From Candidatus Scatovivens sp. (lineage in GTDB: Bacteria; Bacillota; Clostridia; TANB77; CAG-508), in contig JAZRKN010000015.1 of NCBI GenBank assembly GCA_045646345.1, positions 230,346 through 294,345 on the forward strand: a DNA stretch of 64,000 nt, given 5' to 3'. The notes beneath the pieces were generated by a model, which made no database searches, was not told the DNA's origin, and saw only the letters and a program-made list of their open reading frames with translations. Below are positions 59,897 through 64,000 of this stretch, piece by piece (position 1 is the first letter of the stretch; each line of letters opens with the position of its first letter). The translations under genes and the position numbers were made by a program.

Positions 59897-60355
59897 TTAA
59901 TTTTCTACAGAATTTTCTACAGTATTAGTAGCTTCTTCATTTGTTGTAGCTGCTGTGTTTTCAACTGTGTTTCCAGCTTGAGCATCTGTAGTAGCTTCCG
60001 CTTCATTAGAAACCACCTCATTCTCACCTTCAACCATTTCAACATCTACAGTTTCACTTGAGCTAGATGTAACTAGGGCTTTTAGTTTTTCTACACCATA
60101 AGTATTTACTGTTTCGAATATAACATCTAAAATAAATACTGTTACACAAATTATTAATACTATAGCAATAACTGCCATTGTGTTATTAACAACTTGTTTT
60201 AATGTAGGCCAACTAACTCTTTTCAATTCTGCTTTAAATTCTTTAAAAAATCCAGCATTTTTTGTAGCATCTTTTTTAGCTACTTTTTTTGTTGTTTCTT
60301 TTTTTGTGCTTTCTTTTTTTACTTTTTTCTCTTTATCATTTACTTCTTTAGCCAT
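59897..60355 (-). CDS. secE: Preprotein translocase subunit SecE with long acidic C-terminal tail
   Basis: FFKEFKAELKRVSWP + TM; position upstream of nusG. Confidence 0.95.
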   Translation of the reverse strand: MAKEVNDKEKKVKKESTKKETTKKVAKKDATKNAGFFKEFKAELKRVSWPTLKQVVNNTMAVIAIVLIICVTVFILDVIFETVNTYGVEKLKALVTSSSSETVDVEMVEGENEVVSNEAEATTDAQAGNTVENTAATTNEEATNTVENSVEN

Positions 60356-60381
60356 CTTAACTCCTCCTATAAAGGTTTTAT

Positions 60382-60546
60382 CTATTTTGTTTCTTTATGA
60401 GTTGTACGTTTTTTGCAGAATTTACAATATTTAACTACTTCTAGTCTTTCTGTGTTATTTCTTTTATTTTTTGATGTCATATAATTTCTTCTTTTACATT
60501 CTGTACATTCTAAAATAATGTTTTCTCTTGGTCCTTTTGCCGCCAT
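60382..60546 (-). CDS. rpmG: 50S ribosomal protein L33 (zinc-ribbon C+ form; below ORF-track cutoff)
   Basis: Manual translation [54 protein letters not shown]; GGAGGTG RBS. Confidence 0.97.
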   Translation of the reverse strand: MAAKGPRENIILECTECKRRNYMTSKNKRNNTERLEVVKYCKFCKKRTTHKETK

Positions 60547-60804
60547 TCTAACTACACCTCCGTTTTACTTTTATGAAGCTTAAATTTTTTATATTTTTTT
60601 ATTTAACGATGTGATGCATGTTTTTGTAAATACATGCTTATATACTTTACCACAAAACACACGATATGTCAACAATTTTCTAAGTTTTTTTGTGATTTTT
60701 TTACTCATTTTCCTTCTTATTATATATATACATTTTAGCTTCTTTTTTATTTATTTTTAAATTAAATTAAAAATCATTTTTTCAAGGCTTTTAAAGCCTT
60801 TTTA

Positions 60805-61395
60805 TTATCTTTTTCCACTCTTCTTTATCGGCTTTTTCTTCTTCTCTACTGAGTAACCAAATTTACCTAGTTTTTTACCTAACTCATAATAACCGCCATT
60901 TGCATAAGCAATTAAGTCACATTTTGAGATATCAAAAGCTCCTTTTTCATCCATATATTTTTCATCAGCATCTATTGATAATACTTCTGCAATAAATGTT
61001 GTATGACTTCCATATTCTTTTTCTTCAATTACTTTACATTCAATTGATACTGGGCTTTCTTTTATTAATGGAGCCTTTACGAAATTTGCTTTTTCTTTTG
61101 TTAATTTCATTTCTTTAAATTTATCATATTTAGCACCGCTTCTAACGCCACACCAATCTGTAGCAAAAGCTAAATCCTTATTTGTTAAATTTATTACGAA
61201 CTCTTTATTTTCTTTTATTAAATTATAAGAATATCTTTCTGGTCTTACGGAAATGTAAACAATCGCAGGGTTGGTATTCATAATTCCCGTCCATGCGACT
61301 GTTAAAATATTAGCATTTTCCATAGTTCCAGAAGTCACCAATACAGCTGGTATTGGATAAATAAAAGTTCCTGACTTCCAAACTTTTTTTGCCAT
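60805..61395 (-). CDS. Flavin reductase family protein
   Basis: YPIPAVLVT, NILTVAW, DWCGVRSG, ESPVSIECKV, GSH. Confidence 0.93.
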   Translation of the reverse strand: MAKKVWKSGTFIYPIPAVLVTSGTMENANILTVAWTGIMNTNPAIVYISVRPERYSYNLIKENKEFVINLTNKDLAFATDWCGVRSGAKYDKFKEMKLTKEKANFVKAPLIKESPVSIECKVIEEKEYGSHTTFIAEVLSIDADEKYMDEKGAFDISKCDLIAYANGGYYELGKKLGKFGYSVEKKKKPIKKSGKR

Positions 61396-61435
61396 TATTT
61401 AGATTCCTTTCCTTATTTAGTATGGGATCTTTTTA

Positions 61436-63004
61436 TTATTCATCTCTATCTACATATGAAACTGAAACTTGATGTTTTTCAACTTCTTTATCGAATTTTC
61501 CTTGCACTACTGCATGTACTAATTCATTATGGATTCTTCTGAATGAAGAATCTTCTTTAATATCCATTAATGTTCTTCCTGATTTTCCTTTATGTTCTGG
61601 ATATAAGCAAGCATATGCAACTGCATTTGCTTCTGCTCCAGCTAAATCTTCATTTTCTATTTTTATTCCTGAACTACATCTTTGTTGCATTCCCAAGAAT
61701 TCAATACCATAATCATCAAATAATTGTAAACGTTTATCTGATGTAAAATCTGCAACAAATGAATATCTATAATCTTCTGGAATTTTTCTTGAATGGAATC
61801 CGAACAAAACATTTTTTGTTTTTTCGTCTTTAATATCAAGTTGTCTTCCTGTTTTTGATGATGTAAAAGTAACTTTTCCCTCACCTTTTTGAAGATTACT
61901 TGTCTCTCTAAAGCTTATTGTATCTAATGGAATTATTTTTGAATAAGTATATATTCCATCTTTACCTATACGACTTATACCAACAAGTTCTGATTGAACG
62001 ATACTACTATCAAATAATCCATCATTATAATGGAATTTTCCATAGCTAATCATTACAACTCTTTGATATTCATCTCCATTTTCTGAATATTTAACTATTG
62101 TATCACAAATTAATTGTGGTTTTTCAAATGGCTGATAATGCCAATCTACAGAACCTTCTCTTGGAACTGAATTTCCAGATCTTCTATATGTTAAAACACT
62201 TTCCCATCCTTCATTTTCAGCTTTATTTTTTTCTTCAGGTGTTAATGTAGAACTAATATCAGCTAAGAATCTATCTTCTCTTTTTGCTTGAAGAGAAGTT
62301 TTTATTGCTGTTTCTCTTTGGAATTTTTCAACTTCGTTTACGTACTTAACATACATATTGTCATATTTTTCAAAGTTATGTCTTGTTTGTAATGTCCATT
62401 GAATATATTCCATAATATCCCATTCAGGAATGTTTTTATTAGCTCTTTCGAATTGGTCATATTTATTTCTAACATGTGTTGCTGCAAATCCAGCATAAAC
62501 ACCCATTAAAGAAAATTTTAGATCTTGTACTGCTTTTTTACTTGATAAATGAACAGCTATATCAACAATTTCATCTCTTAATGGTTTTGAATTTTCATTA
62601 CTAATATTAGCTTTCGCATATTTTACAAAATCTTCTATTGAAGTAAAGTCTTGGCATTCATATAATCCTTCTGATACAGCTTTTAATCTTGTTATTATAT
62701 AAGTTCTATCTTCATCAGTTAAGTTTTTTCTAACTTCAGAACTTTTTGTTTCTTGATTTGCTAGTAATAAAATTCTTGTTAAATCGTTAAAAGATACTGG
62801 ATATTTATTCCCTATAAATGTTTTTGCATTATTACTTTCTGCAACTTCATCTAATTTGTTTAATAAATTTGTAGTAGAATAATCTCCTTCTAATTCTGGA
62901 ATATAACGCCCTATTATTCCATACATTGAATCATATTTTGTTGTACCTTCTTTTAGAAAATCATACATATTGAATTCAATTTTCTCTTTCTTTCTAGCTT
63001 CCAT
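61436..63004 (-). CDS. Hypothetical protein
   Basis: 522-aa ORF, GGGAG RBS; no recognisable domain. Confidence 0.75.
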   Translation of the reverse strand: MEARKKEKIEFNMYDFLKEGTTKYDSMYGIIGRYIPELEGDYSTTNLLNKLDEVAESNNAKTFIGNKYPVSFNDLTRILLLANQETKSSEVRKNLTDEDRTYIITRLKAVSEGLYECQDFTSIEDFVKYAKANISNENSKPLRDEIVDIAVHLSSKKAVQDLKFSLMGVYAGFAATHVRNKYDQFERANKNIPEWDIMEYIQWTLQTRHNFEKYDNMYVKYVNEVEKFQRETAIKTSLQAKREDRFLADISSTLTPEEKNKAENEGWESVLTYRRSGNSVPREGSVDWHYQPFEKPQLICDTIVKYSENGDEYQRVVMISYGKFHYNDGLFDSSIVQSELVGISRIGKDGIYTYSKIIPLDTISFRETSNLQKGEGKVTFTSSKTGRQLDIKDEKTKNVLFGFHSRKIPEDYRYSFVADFTSDKRLQLFDDYGIEFLGMQQRCSSGIKIENEDLAGAEANAVAYACLYPEHKGKSGRTLMDIKEDSSFRRIHNELVHAVVQGKFDKEVEKHQVSVSYVDRDE

Positions 63005-63164
63005 AACTGTTCTCCCACAACCTTTTTCTTTATTTTCGTACTTTAAATAATTAAAACAATCCTATTTAACATGTTTATTATATATATAACAACATAAAAT
63101 TTCAAGATTAAATCAAAAAAAATAGCTATATATTAATAGCTATTTTTAATCCATTTTTATTATT

Positions 63165-63629
63165 TTATTCTTCATAACTGTCAGCAAAAAAATCAAAGGC
63201 AGAATTAATCAAATCTTCCCAATAATAGTAAGAATCTTCAGGTACAATTTCTTCTATTTCATCTAAAAGATCTATTATTCTATCTCTTCTGTGCAAATCA
63301 GTTTTATCAATCATTTCTAATATTCCCATATATTGTTCAAATGATTCTGCAACTTTTTCAAAAGATGACCAATCATCATGAAACATGCTATATATAGGCA
63401 CATTTTCCTCATCTACTTTTGCAATTATAGGATCCCCTAAAGCTGAATCATTGCCTATTACAACAAATTCTTCACCTTTCCAGCCTTTTATTGATTCTTT
63501 CTTATCGTCATATTTATATCCTATTTGTGCATTTTCTAAATCTTCTTTTTTAAAGAAACTCAAAGTGCTTATTCCAACATCAATTTCTTCAAATTCTCTA
63601 TTAAATATTTTATCTGGTACATTAATCAT
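63165..63629 (-). CDS. SMI1/KNR4 (SUKH)-like protein
   Basis: AQIGY...W...VVIGND..GDPI...PIY..FHD.W...VAESF. Confidence 0.7.
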   Translation of the reverse strand: MINVPDKIFNREFEEIDVGISTLSFFKKEDLENAQIGYKYDDKKESIKGWKGEEFVVIGNDSALGDPIIAKVDEENVPIYSMFHDDWSSFEKVAESFEQYMGILEMIDKTDLHRRDRIIDLLDEIEEIVPEDSYYYWEDLINSAFDFFADSYEE

Positions 63630-63778
63630 AATACCTACCTCCTCATGTTACTTATACTATCATAGAGCCTTTGTCAGAAAAATGGTTATTTTGTGAAAAT
63701 TAAGTGTCTTCACTCTTTTTTTCATAACATTTTTATTTGCATAAAAAAATAGATATAAGCTTTTGCTTATATCTATTT

Positions 63779-63854
63779 TGGCTCCTCTTGTTGGACTCGA
63801 ACCAACGACCTATCGGTTAACAGCCGAGCGCTCTACCAACTGAGCTAAAGAGGA
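63779..63854 (-). tRNA. tRNA-Asn(GTT)
   Basis: 76-nt cloverleaf, anticodon loop CTGTTAA, GGTTCGAGTCC T-arm, encoded CCA. Confidence 0.98.
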
Positions 63855-63862
63855 ATATTAAA

Positions 63863-63980
63863 AACTGGCGACTTCCTATTTTCCCAACAAGGTAACTCGT
63901 AAGTATCTTCGGCACTAAGGAGCTTGACTTCTGTGTTCGGCATGGGAACAGGTATTTCCTCCTCGTTATTATCACCAGAA
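63863..63980 (-). rRNA. rrf: 5S ribosomal RNA
   Basis: CCCATGCCGAACACAGAAGTCAAGCTC core; terminal CTGGTGA/TCGCCAG helix. Confidence 0.97.
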
Positions 63981-64000
63981 ATTTTTGTATACTATTTTTC

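Noticed and set aside
1-64000. CRISPR array, IS element, integrase or prophage
   Set aside because: No regularly spaced 25-45 bp repeats, transposase/recombinase motifs or phage structural genes seen
63981-64000. Orphan 5S rRNA gene detached from an rrn operon
   Set aside because: Only 20 bp of upstream sequence is visible, so presence of 23S rRNA cannot be judged

Overview
Very AT-rich chromosomal segment from a spore-forming Firmicute (Clostridia-like; spoIIID, yunB, sipL, spoVB-like and veg are present), with most genes on the minus strand. It contains housekeeping blocks (ruvA/rarA, rplM-rpsI, rpmG-secE-nusG-rplK-rplA-rplJ-rplL with L13, L1 and L10 leaders, znuACB-like, hppA, tRNA-Asn, 5S rRNA), a sortase B + fibro-slime surface protein pair and a ~15 kb Wzx/Wzy surface-polysaccharide locus with unusual tailoring enzymes (MenD-like + SDR, FrhB-like, two pyruvyl-transferase-family genes, tandem double priming transferase). 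An accessory, defence-like island at ~15.3-22.7 kb holds an RloC-like ATPase, a four-gene operon (PD-(D/E)xK-like nuclease, membrane lysozyme-like protein, membrane wHTH protein, Panacea antitoxin) and intergenic DNA densely packed with promoter/terminator-bounded structured small RNAs. The best of these is a ~200-nt fold-back RNA under a perfect sigma-A promoter with a probable overlapping antisense RNA. All calls come from reading motifs by eye; no database searches or folding programs were run.
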